64,000 nt of DNA from a virus. Taxonomy: Duplodnaviria; Caudoviricetes. The position numbers were made by a program, and so were the translations under genes. Positions 1 to 7,508 of the stretch are shown here, in pieces (positions within the stretch are counted from its first letter, which is position 1; each line of letters starts with the position of its first letter). Under the pieces are notes generated by a model. It was not told the DNA's origin, searched no databases, and saw only the letters and a program-made list of their open reading frames with translations. Location: positions 18,227 to 82,226 of IMG/VR virus record IMGVR_UViG_3300020161_002811; one strand, 5' to 3'.

Positions 1-26
1 TCTGCATATGGTAGAAATGTTTGCAC
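1..26 (-). CDS. 5' end of a gene running off the window; N-terminus MQTFLPYA resembles pyrimidine-dimer DNA glycosylase / MSMEG_6728-like proteins
   Basis: One nt after the TAA of the nuclease gene the minus strand reads GTG CAA ACA TTT CTA CCA TAT GCA (MQTFLPYA). MQTFLPY is the characteristic start of this family. Only 8 codons are visible. Confidence 0.5.
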
Positions 27-27
27 T

Positions 28-426
28 TTAATCCTTTTTGAATTCGGTAAATGTTTTGTCGCCTACGCCAAAGTATTCTCTAGCAAGACCAGATGCTATT
101 ATAGCATCATTTAAGCACTCTCCTGCTGCATTCCATACTCGAGCTAGAACTCTTCCATATTTTTCATTCTTATCAATGATAGTTTCTATTTTAACCTTAT
201 GGCTAGCGGCTGTTAACCATTGATCAGTAAATTCTTTTGCGGCTAGGCCCATTTTCTTTTCTTCAATATTCGTAGTGCGACTCTCTGGAGTATTTACCCC
301 ATAAAGACGAACTCTACCTCTTTTCAGAGTATCGAACCCTAGGTCAATAATAATATCAAATGTATCACCATCAACAACTTTCTTTACTTCTGCATTATAT
401 ATCCATGGATTTAATTTATCTACCAT
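28..426 (-). CDS. thermonuclease (staphylococcal nuclease-like, SNase fold)
   Basis: Motifs KVVDGDTF, VRLYGVNTPE, KYGRVLA and LNDAIIASGLAREY match the SNase D21/R35/D40/E43/R87 pattern. Confidence 0.9.
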   Translation of the reverse strand: MVDKLNPWIYNAEVKKVVDGDTFDIIIDLGFDTLKRGRVRLYGVNTPESRTTNIEEKKMGLAAKEFTDQWLTAASHKVKIETIIDKNEKYGRVLARVWNAAGECLNDAIIASGLAREYFGVGDKTFTEFKKD

Positions 427-427
427 C

Positions 428-1219
428 TTAATCTCTTTCTATTCCAATATAATCGCACGCATTGCGAAATATTGCCTGACTTGTTTTAAAGTGAGAATCT
501 GCTTCGCCCCCAACAGTGGAAGACTTGTGCCAGCTATGGCCAATAGAAACGCTTCCATCGTATATAACGTTATAGCCTAAGTGTCTTGCAAAGTAAGAGC
601 ACCAAGTTTCTTCGTAATAGTGAGGGGTAGGGAGGAAAGCTCCTTCTGCGTTAGGATGCATCTCTCTGTAGCCTGGGTGATTAGTTAACGCATTCCAAAC
701 CTCTCTGCGGATAAAGTATGCCGAACCTGATACGGTAACGCATTCTACCCTATCTTTATACAAAACATCTCCTGGGTCGTGCTCGCGCCATCCTCGATGT
801 CGTGGCTGTGTATTTGTGCCAACGATTCCTGCGTGAGTTATATATCCGTTTTCATCTCTTTGTTTCGGACCTAAAATATGGATATCTGGATTGTTATTAA
901 ATATATTTTGAATATTAACTAAACTCTCACTTGAGAGCCACACATCTGCGTTTAACAGGCAGATTATATCTGCTTCCCCGTCTTTAGCTAATTGATTACA
1001 AGCGGCTGAATATCCTATATTTTTATTATTGTATACCTTATTGATTTTATATCTTTCAGAATTGTACTTAAGCCATTCTGCGCTATCGTCTTTTGAATCG
1101 TTATCAGCTATATATAAATTCCATACTTTTTCATTTGCATGCAGGTCGTTATGTAAACAGTCTAGAAATCTATTAAGTAAGGGCCTAGTATTGTAATTAA
1201 CTACACATAAATCTATCAA
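428..1219 (-). CDS. family 2 glycosyltransferase (GT-A fold, WbbL/rhamnosyltransferase-like)
   Basis: N-terminal VVNYN, ADNDSKD, NIGYSAACNQ, LLNADV (DxD-type), VSGSAYFIRR and YYEETW (variant of the Y-x-E-D motif). Confidence 0.85.
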   Translation of the reverse strand: MIDLCVVNYNTRPLLNRFLDCLHNDLHANEKVWNLYIADNDSKDDSAEWLKYNSERYKINKVYNNKNIGYSAACNQLAKDGEADIICLLNADVWLSSESLVNIQNIFNNNPDIHILGPKQRDENGYITHAGIVGTNTQPRHRGWREHDPGDVLYKDRVECVTVSGSAYFIRREVWNALTNHPGYREMHPNAEGAFLPTPHYYEETWCSYFARHLGYNVIYDGSVSIGHSWHKSSTVGGEADSHFKTSQAIFRNACDYIGIERD

Positions 1220-1473
1220 TTTAGTTCTCCGCTAAAAGTAATTGCCTCAAAGGCCATTGCCGGACTCATTCCAAAGTCAATTAAATTAAAAAATTCTTGT
1301 TCAATACTTTCTATTTTATCTTCATTAAAAAATTCTTTAAATCTATTTAGATATTGATGTAATGTTGGATTTTTTCTGTGTTCTTCTGACATTTTCTTTG
1401 ACCTATTTTGACCTAATGCATATCCAATTGCAAGTAAATTAACAAAAAAAAATAACTTATTACCACTCTTCAT
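1216..1473 (-). CDS. hypothetical protein with N-terminal hydrophobic segment
   Basis: ORF in the operon. The likely start is ATG at 1473 (MKSGNKLFFFVNLLAIGYALG), overlapping the end of the upstream gene. Confidence 0.6.
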   Translation of the reverse strand: MKSGNKLFFFVNLLAIGYALGQNRSKKMSEEHRKNPTLHQYLNRFKEFFNEDKIESIEQEFFNLIDFGMSPAMAFEAITFSGELN

Positions 1474-1693
1474 AGTCATCATCCGTAGAGTCAAAATAAT
1501 TTTCTATGGCTTGCATTCTAACGGTGTCAGCTACTCTTCTGAAGGACTCTGCATGTTCGTTTTCATTTTCATTAGCGAGGTAATCATATGTTTCAGCGAT
1601 ATGCATAGCTGTTTCGTAGTCTATTACTATGGCAGTATCTCCAATTGATAGTTTGACGCTTAGCTTTTTTTTGTTATTCTGTTTCTTTGACAT
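1460..1693 (-). CDS. hypothetical protein
   Basis: 77-aa ORF tightly overlapping both neighbours, with an acidic C-terminus. Confidence 0.65.
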   Translation of the reverse strand: MSKKQNNKKKLSVKLSIGDTAIVIDYETAMHIAETYDYLANENENEHAESFRRVADTVRMQAIENYFDSTDDDYEEW

Positions 1694-1892
1694 TAATTTC
1701 TTCCTTATTATTTACTCTATGTATTGCAAGATTATCGGTATCTGGCTCAAATGTTACAAAAAAGATATTCTTATCCTCTAAGGAATAACCTTCAGGAGGA
1801 GGGCTATCTAATGCTATTTTCTTGGAAGAGGAACCATAGACTTGACTGTGATTTTTGTATACTACTAAATAATTTAACTTAGCTGCTGGCAT
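1674..1892 (-). CDS. hypothetical protein
   Basis: 72-aa ORF overlapping both neighbours; GGAGG SD-like sequence upstream of the ATG. Confidence 0.65.
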   Translation of the reverse strand: MPAAKLNYLVVYKNHSQVYGSSSKKIALDSPPPEGYSLEDKNIFFVTFEPDTDNLAIHRVNNKEEINVKETE

Positions 1893-2334
1893 GGTTCGCC
1901 TCCAAAACTTCTACGGAACACTCAGACAAAAACTTCTTCACTTTAGGCCATTCTTTATAGGACTGATCGGATAGGCAATAGACTGTATCTACTGTTGAGT
2001 TAGCGATTAGTTTAGCACAAGAGAAGCACGGTGGTCCATTGATGTACATTTTTTTTGCTCTTGAGGAATAGTCAGAGTGCAGTAATGCATTTGCTTCTGC
2101 GTGAATTGCTATACAATTATCATAGATGGAACCATTTTCGGAACCCTCTGTTAGTCTGGGGCATCCGCCCTGATCACAGTGAGTCACTCCACTGGGGCCA
2201 CCGTTATAGCCAACTCCAACTATATGTCCATACTCATCTACTAAAATAGCAGCGTACTTTCTTTTAGCGCACGTTGAAAATATCTTAGATATGGAGCTAC
2301 ATAACTCCATGTATTGTTCATCTTTTCTATTCAT
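1879..2334 (-). CDS. dCMP deaminase (cytidine deaminase-like zinc fold)
   Basis: HAEANAL and PCFSC zinc/catalytic motifs, STCAKRKYAAILVD and GYNG; lies next to thyX. Confidence 0.9.
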   Translation of the reverse strand: MNRKDEQYMELCSSISKIFSTCAKRKYAAILVDEYGHIVGVGYNGGPSGVTHCDQGGCPRLTEGSENGSIYDNCIAIHAEANALLHSDYSSRAKKMYINGPPCFSCAKLIANSTVDTVYCLSDQSYKEWPKVKKFLSECSVEVLEANHASS

Positions 2335-2341
2335 TAGACTA

Positions 2342-2500
2342 TTACTTTACCATTAAGGCTGCAACTATGCCTGAAACTAGACATAAAAGAATTGCAACTG
2401 TTTTTTCTTTTCCTTTTGGAAGAGATTGATTTAAAATTTGAAGTGACACGCACCAATTAATAACAAAAGTAAATACTAAGATTTTTAATATGTCAATCAT
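2342..2500 (-). CDS. small two-TM membrane protein (52 aa), absent from the supplied ORF track
   Basis: Manual translation: MIDILKILVFTFVINWCVSLQILNQSLPKGKEKTVAILLCLVSGIVAALMVK*. It fills the thyX-deaminase gap exactly, with the ATG 1 nt after the thyX TAG. Confidence 0.6.
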   Translation of the reverse strand: MIDILKILVFTFVINWCVSLQILNQSLPKGKEKTVAILLCLVSGIVAALMVK

Positions 2501-2501
2501 G

Positions 2502-3203
2502 CTAACCTCTAGTTAGGAGTTCTATGCAGATTGGGAATTTATCCATAATAAGAGTATGTATCGCTCTTGCATATTCCTGTATTTCTTTTTGCGAATCTTC
2601 TGCTAATCTCTGATTTAGGAAAAGAGCTACAGATTGTAGGCTAGCAGACCATCGGTATATAACATGCATTCCATAGGCTGGTAAAAATAATCTAGCTTGT
2701 TCTGCCGCAACACCATTCTGCATAGCCATAGAGTAAAGTGCTTCACCTTGAGCAATATAATCCTGTAATTGCTGAGTTAAAAGTGATCCTGTCCATGGGT
2801 CTATTGGTCCACCAGATCCTTGCTTTTTATTATCCGGAGCCAAGCGCCATTGCTCATTGGTCGGAATGTAGAACTCCGGATCCATAGTAATATATCTTCT
2901 ACTAGACTCATTCCATGAGTCCATTGTGTGATCAGAGCCTACTACATACTTCCAGTGCTGACGAGCAACCATGAGAGGAGCCTTCATTTCAAACGTCATA
3001 AAAGCGTGACGAAATGGAGACATATGATTTTCTCTTACTAGAAAATCCAACAGTCTTCCATCGTTGACTGTCATTTCCTTAGATTCTTTAGCAAATGATG
3101 CTCTTGCGGCATTTACGACAGATAGGTCGGAACCCATAACGTCAACTAATCTAACGTATCCGTTATTTAATACCGTAATTAATTTATCTTCATTCTGTTC
3201 CAT
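2502..3203 (-). CDS. thyX: flavin-dependent thymidylate synthase ThyX
   Basis: GYVRLVDVMGSDLSVVNAARAS, HMSPFRH, WNESSRRY, QARLFLP and NQRL...QKEI are ThyX motifs. Likely start is MEQNEDK at 3203. Confidence 0.9.
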   Translation of the reverse strand: MEQNEDKLITVLNNGYVRLVDVMGSDLSVVNAARASFAKESKEMTVNDGRLLDFLVRENHMSPFRHAFMTFEMKAPLMVARQHWKYVVGSDHTMDSWNESSRRYITMDPEFYIPTNEQWRLAPDNKKQGSGGPIDPWTGSLLTQQLQDYIAQGEALYSMAMQNGVAAEQARLFLPAYGMHVIYRWSASLQSVALFLNQRLAEDSQKEIQEYARAIHTLIMDKFPICIELLTRG

Positions 3204-3546
3204 CTTCAAAATCCTCATCTTCATCATCAATGATTGTAAAAGAGATAAAGTTATCTGTCATGCAATCATTAAAATCTTCTGATATTTTATACAACGAACC
3301 AAGTATATCAGATATTTCGCTATCTGGCTCTCCGAGCATATTTTCTCCGTCCAGAGAAGCTATGATCACTTCTGTGATATTGGAAATATTATCAGCTAGC
3401 GCCTGTTGAATTAATAGCAGTTCTTTTGTCCCGAGCTTTACCTCGGTAGCAAAAGAATCTGATATCTCTTTTAGTTCATTAGAATTAACTATTTCAGAAA
3501 ATTTCTTTTCAAAGTCTTCATTTTCAAACTCATTTTTTTCGGACAT
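3190..3546 (-). CDS. acidic hypothetical protein
   Basis: D/E-rich ORF between nrdJ and thyX. Likely start is ATG at 3546, 4 nt after the nrdJ stop. Confidence 0.7.
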   Translation of the reverse strand: MSEKNEFENEDFEKKFSEIVNSNELKEISDSFATEVKLGTKELLLIQQALADNISNITEVIIASLDGENMLGEPDSEISDILGSLYKISEDFNDCMTDNFISFTIIDDEDEDFEDGTE

Positions 3547-3550
3547 AGTA

Positions 3551-5485
3551 TCACTTGATCGGGCAAGCTCCGCCTTCACACTCAAGACTATCTATTAAAT
3601 CCACATTGCCAAAATCGGTGAAGTTAATTCCATCTTTAATTTTTGACTTTAGTTTATTATACATTTCTTCAGTTATTTCTTCATATGGAGCAAGAGTAAA
3701 ACCATGCTCACTATGTAACAAGAATGATACTGACTTCACTTTATTCTTATAATTCTTTTTCATCCACTCTTGTATTTCTGGCAATTCTTCTTTCTTGTAA
3801 TAAACGGTAACGCTTACGTTGTTATCCGCCCATGCTGATTGGGCCTTAACTACCCATTCAAGTTGATCGATTGCAGTTATTTGACCTGCAAGCGTAGCGT
3901 GCTCGGGAGTTTTGCACGGGAAATCAACAACGCAAATCGTATGATTTTCTTTGCCATCTAAGCCTACATCGTACTGAACCTTGTGTCCTTTGTCTCTACA
4001 GTAATTCACTAGTGGATCATTACTGCCCATGCGTACGCGACGAATATAATATTGTGCGTAAGCCGGATGGATGCCAGGTGTTACCCCAGCTAGCAGACTT
4101 AAGGTGCCACTTGGCTTTACTGTTGTTAACTTAATTGACTTATTTATCCCTAGCGTAGCGGACCACTTTTCGTCAATCTGCTTAAGGTTTTTATATGCTT
4201 CATCAATCCATGACAACTGCTCTTCTGTGGCCTGCAGCCAACCTGTAATGCCCTGGCCTAATCTTCGATTTTTCTCGATTACATCTTGACTCTTCTTATA
4301 TGGATAGGCCAATGTTGTTATTGCCTTTTGAGTCTTATAGAGCAGCATACTCACGTCAAATAACTCTTCCTTTGAAGTGATATTGGGAAGGAAAATTTCA
4401 GCTAAATTACAGGGTTCTCCATCCTCTAAGCCGATTTCGCCACAAGGATTAGTTCCAATGACTTTTGAGTCATTAGCCTTTTCTCCCAATCTGCCATTCT
4501 TGCGAATAAGATTTCTATTGATCAAACCATAGGGTTCGCCTGAGCCGTCATAGCCTTTCCAGAATTCGTCAATAATCTCTTCGTACGCGTCGGCATAGAT
4601 TGAATTATTTGAGTTGCCACGCCAAGCGGGAATGTCACCCTTGCCCCAATTCTTCGCCTTTAAGAAAAGGAAATCATCAGGGTCTCCGATAGCTATTTGA
4701 GCAGATCTTCGAGCAGAGCCAGCTACAACTATCTTTCCGATGATATTAGCTATGTCTAATGCGTCGATTGAGCGAATCTTTTTTCCGATGCGAGAATTTA
4801 GAATATCACAAATATTCTTAATGCCCTCGATAAGAACTTCGGGACCAGAGGCTGTTCCTCCAAACGTTTTCAATGGTGCGCCATACCCTCTAACTAGAAT
4901 GGTACTGTAAGTAAACGATTCGCCAGTTTCAAAATAGCTTCTCAAAACTTTTCCGAGCAGTGCCGACCAACCTTTTCTTGAGTCGCCAACGATAAAGTCG
5001 GCGTCGTTGGTTTTTTCATGTCGAATAAATTGAACATTTTGAACCTTGGGGAAGTCGTGAACATTTGCTCGCTCTACGGTGAAACCAACGCCACCACCCA
5101 CCATTAAATGATCCATTAAGAATTGGAAGTCTTCTACCTTGGAGATTGTTGTCATCCAACAGTTTACCAAGGAGACGCCACTCATCTGCTCCACTAAAGG
5201 CGTGCCCAATTGCCATAGGCAACGTCCGGCAAATATGCCCTTAAGATTAAAAATATAATCGAACAGTCTTTCTGCCTCTTCCTCTGTATAGCCTGCGCCT
5301 ATTTTCTGAGCGCCGTCTATACAACGTGCTATTGTCTCATGCCAATATTCTTTTCTACCTAAGGACTCTATTTCTCTAGAATAGGTTCTCCGATATACTA
5401 TTTCCCCTAGACCATTAAATCCCCAAGGAGCTACCTTGTTTGCATATGAGTTTATAAAGTCTTTAGAAAGAATACTGTTTTCCAT
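3551..5485 (-). CDS. nrdJ: class II (adenosylcobalamin-dependent) ribonucleoside-triphosphate reductase, monomeric RTPR type
   Basis: VYRRTYSR, LVNC, GGGVG, RRSAQIA, TNPCGEI finger loop, TVKPSGT and C-terminal CEGGACPIK redox cysteines; no intein-sized insertion. Confidence 0.95.
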   Translation of the reverse strand: MENSILSKDFINSYANKVAPWGFNGLGEIVYRRTYSREIESLGRKEYWHETIARCIDGAQKIGAGYTEEEAERLFDYIFNLKGIFAGRCLWQLGTPLVEQMSGVSLVNCWMTTISKVEDFQFLMDHLMVGGGVGFTVERANVHDFPKVQNVQFIRHEKTNDADFIVGDSRKGWSALLGKVLRSYFETGESFTYSTILVRGYGAPLKTFGGTASGPEVLIEGIKNICDILNSRIGKKIRSIDALDIANIIGKIVVAGSARRSAQIAIGDPDDFLFLKAKNWGKGDIPAWRGNSNNSIYADAYEEIIDEFWKGYDGSGEPYGLINRNLIRKNGRLGEKANDSKVIGTNPCGEIGLEDGEPCNLAEIFLPNITSKEELFDVSMLLYKTQKAITTLAYPYKKSQDVIEKNRRLGQGITGWLQATEEQLSWIDEAYKNLKQIDEKWSATLGINKSIKLTTVKPSGTLSLLAGVTPGIHPAYAQYYIRRVRMGSNDPLVNYCRDKGHKVQYDVGLDGKENHTICVVDFPCKTPEHATLAGQITAIDQLEWVVKAQSAWADNNVSVTVYYKKEELPEIQEWMKKNYKNKVKSVSFLLHSEHGFTLAPYEEITEEMYNKLKSKIKDGINFTDFGNVDLIDSLECEGGACPIK

Positions 5486-6203
5486 TTTTATCTCCTGAGT
5501 TGATTTCTATTGTTTTTATGTATTTATTACTAGTTTTAGCTAATTCAGCTAATTTTATTTTCTTAATTTGTTCTACTGAATAGACTTTGTGTATTTGCTT
5601 TTCAAAAAAGTAACCGCTTCTCCAGTTGAAAACTTTATCCACATTTGATTTATGGTTAATGAATATGTTACATATAACAGCTCCACCGTATGCCTTGACT
5701 AGATTAGTCAGCTTGGCATTTAATAGTGATGTGTCTATCTTAGACATGTCTTCGATCTCTTCAGCTTTTTGATATAACCAATTATAGGCCTGTCTTGTAA
5801 TCGGAGATATGTCTATCGGATCTATTATACCTAATCTTATGATTTCATTTCTTGTTTCATTAATTTTTATGTCTTCTTTTAAGATATCTAGGTAAAGACT
5901 AAACCAATCATTCTTGCCGAATTGAGCCCATCCTGTGCACCAAAATAATAGATTAGTGGCTGGATCGGGGATAGTTGTTTTTTCCATCAGAGGAAGTATA
6001 GTAGCACAGCTGATTGCCTTCTTCACATGCTCTTTTGCAGCTTCTTGATTCTGTATTTTATTAATAGAATTTTTCCATAAGGTTGCTATTGCGTCCTGCC
6101 AAGACACATCCGCAACATAGAGCTTAAGGTACTTTTCTGCAACGTTAATGGGTAGCGAGTTGTTATCGATAGCCTGTTGCACTTCTTGTATAGACATCAT
6201 CAA
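5463..6203 (-). CDS. hypothetical protein
   Basis: 246-aa ORF and first gene after the intergenic boundary. Its 3' end contains the GGAG SD for nrdJ. Confidence 0.75.
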   Translation of the reverse strand: MMMSIQEVQQAIDNNSLPINVAEKYLKLYVADVSWQDAIATLWKNSINKIQNQEAAKEHVKKAISCATILPLMEKTTIPDPATNLLFWCTGWAQFGKNDWFSLYLDILKEDIKINETRNEIIRLGIIDPIDISPITRQAYNWLYQKAEEIEDMSKIDTSLLNAKLTNLVKAYGGAVICNIFINHKSNVDKVFNWRSGYFFEKQIHKVYSVEQIKKIKLAELAKTSNKYIKTIEINSGDKNGKQYSF

Positions 6204-6251
6204 TCCTTAATAGTTCCAGATAAAATTATGTAAACATATATACTTGTCCAG

Positions 6252-6288
6252 GGAAACAGACAACCCCGCCTCATGTGGACGGGGTTGT
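6252..6288 (-). terminator. GC-rich hairpin, possible intrinsic terminator downstream of the holin
   Basis: Perfect 9-bp inverted repeat ACAACCCCG (6260-6268) / CGGGGTTGT (6280-6288), followed on the - strand only by a weak CTGTTT tract. Confidence 0.5.
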
Positions 6289-6314
6289 TGTAACAATGGC
6301 TTTCTCATTCCTGC

Positions 6315-6323
6315 ATTATAGCA
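6315..6323 (-). promoter_or_regulatory. sigma70-type extended -10 element TGCTATAAT
   Basis: The reverse complement of attatagca is TG-C-TATAAT, in intergenic DNA at the head of the nucleotide-metabolism operon. No consensus -35. Confidence 0.5.
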
Positions 6324-6351
6324 TGAGAGTACCAGATTATGTTCTATTGAC

Positions 6352-6552
6352 TTAGTCTTTTATTGTTGCTGCGCTTTCAGGATTACCCATTTTCGTTGCA
6401 ACTAAACCTTTAACTACACTTATTGCTGCTGCGACTGCAGCTGTGGCTGCTGACTTGATTTCGTCAACACCACCTACTGTATAGACAGCAATAAAAGCTT
6501 GCGCTGCTGTCCAAATAGCTCTTTCTAAAATATCTTTTTGTAATTTATTCAT
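6352..6552 (-). CDS. holin (r1t/actinophage-type)
   Basis: 66 aa: KDILERAIWTAAQAFIAV...AATAAVAAAISVVKGLVA..GNPESA matches the r1t holin pattern ERAxxTxAQ; two hydrophobic helices. Confidence 0.75.
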   Translation of the reverse strand: MNKLQKDILERAIWTAAQAFIAVYTVGGVDEIKSAATAAVAAAISVVKGLVATKMGNPESAATIKD

Positions 6553-6562
6553 GGTACCTACC

Positions 6563-6841
6563 TTAGGAAAAATTCTTTCTAATTAGCTTCTCTATAAGAA
6601 GATGAAAAGTTAAACCTAGCCACACTCCTGTGAATATACTTCCTGTTATTTTATTTTCTGTATGCCTCCAAAAAGCTCGAGTTAGTGTCTCGATTTTTTT
6701 GGACTTTATAGCATATATGTCATACGCTATAATCCCAAGGGCTAAACCGCCCCAAGCTATGGTCCCACTTTTTTTATCATCTTTTTCTAAGATGAGCGGG
6801 GTGCCAAATATTTTAGAGAGCTTTAGCGGAAGGAACTCCAT
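6563..6841 (-). CDS. small membrane protein of a type common in actinobacteriophages
   Basis: AWGGLALGIIAYDIYA...ETLTRAFWR...VWLGLTFHLL; two hydrophobic segments; likely start ATG at 6841. Family resemblance is from memory only. Confidence 0.6.
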   Translation of the reverse strand: MEFLPLKLSKIFGTPLILEKDDKKSGTIAWGGLALGIIAYDIYAIKSKKIETLTRAFWRHTENKITGSIFTGVWLGLTFHLLIEKLIRKNFS

Positions 6842-7445
6842 TGAATTCTTTGACCTTTTCGCGACCGTAATCTCCAGTAGTATTTGCCTGACCATAACCA
6901 GCAACAAATACTACAGTACTTGTGACACCATTAAATCGACTTGGCTGAAAGAATCCGAATGAAGCCGGTGCGCCAGCAGCATCTGTGCGCTGAGCATGGC
7001 CGGTGTTCGCAAAAATATTAGCAGAAGGGACGCCGTCGAATATGAAATTATCATATAGGGCATAGTCATTGAGTCTATTGTATGCGTGTCCGAAGGTTGA
7101 AGGGAATGCAGATGCGCCAGCTAAGCCTTTATACTCTTTCGGCTTGAATCTAGCTCCATCATATGTTGCAGAACCGTCAGGGAACGTGCCAGAAAGAGGA
7201 TGTACATATAGCGTAGATCCGTTAAATAACTGGGACAGGAATCTGTTTCCAGGGAACTGACCGGTGCCAGGAGCAAAATGATTGTCTGGCGCACCATCTA
7301 GAACGTGACTGGTGCTATATAGTGGATAAAAAGAATATGTACCAGTGCCCTTGGCTTTGCCGGTCATTGAGACATATGGGTTAACCATTCCAGCTGTTGT
7401 TCTGCCCTTTAATACTGGTCTGGGCCCTTGGTAAAACGTTGCCAT
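6813..7445 (-). CDS. putative abundant virion protein (G/P/F-rich, decoration-like)
   Basis: Strong SD AGGAGAAAATAAATG, a candidate late-promoter motif upstream, and few charged residues. Confidence 0.6.
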   Translation of the reverse strand: MATFYQGPRPVLKGRTTAGMVNPYVSMTGKAKGTGTYSFYPLYSTSHVLDGAPDNHFAPGTGQFPGNRFLSQLFNGSTLYVHPLSGTFPDGSATYDGARFKPKEYKGLAGASAFPSTFGHAYNRLNDYALYDNFIFDGVPSANIFANTGHAQRTDAAGAPASFGFFQPSRFNGVTSTVVFVAGYGQANTTGDYGREKVKEFNGVPSAKAL

Positions 7446-7473
7446 TTATTTTCTCCTTATAAAAAGATACGTG

Positions 7474-7484
7474 TCTTTATAGTA
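7474..7484 (-). promoter_or_regulatory. candidate phage late-promoter motif TACTATAAAGA (copy 1)
   Basis: Identical 11-mer at 60423-60433. Both copies are intergenic and lie upstream of structural genes with strong SDs. Confidence 0.45.
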
Positions 7485-7508
7485 CACCCAAAATGTTTTT
7501 TTTAAACC

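Noticed and set aside
3551-5485. Intein or intron in nrdJ (also checked in the TMP and RNAP-like genes)
   Set aside because: Length is typical for a monomeric class II RNR, and no C/S...HN-C/S/T splice junctions or LAGLIDADG motifs were noticed.
6204-6351. Cobalamin riboswitch or NrdR box controlling nrdJ
   Set aside because: The region is too short and lacks the conserved B12-box core. The ACATATATACTTGT stretch at about 6234-6247 does not fit NrdR-box spacing.
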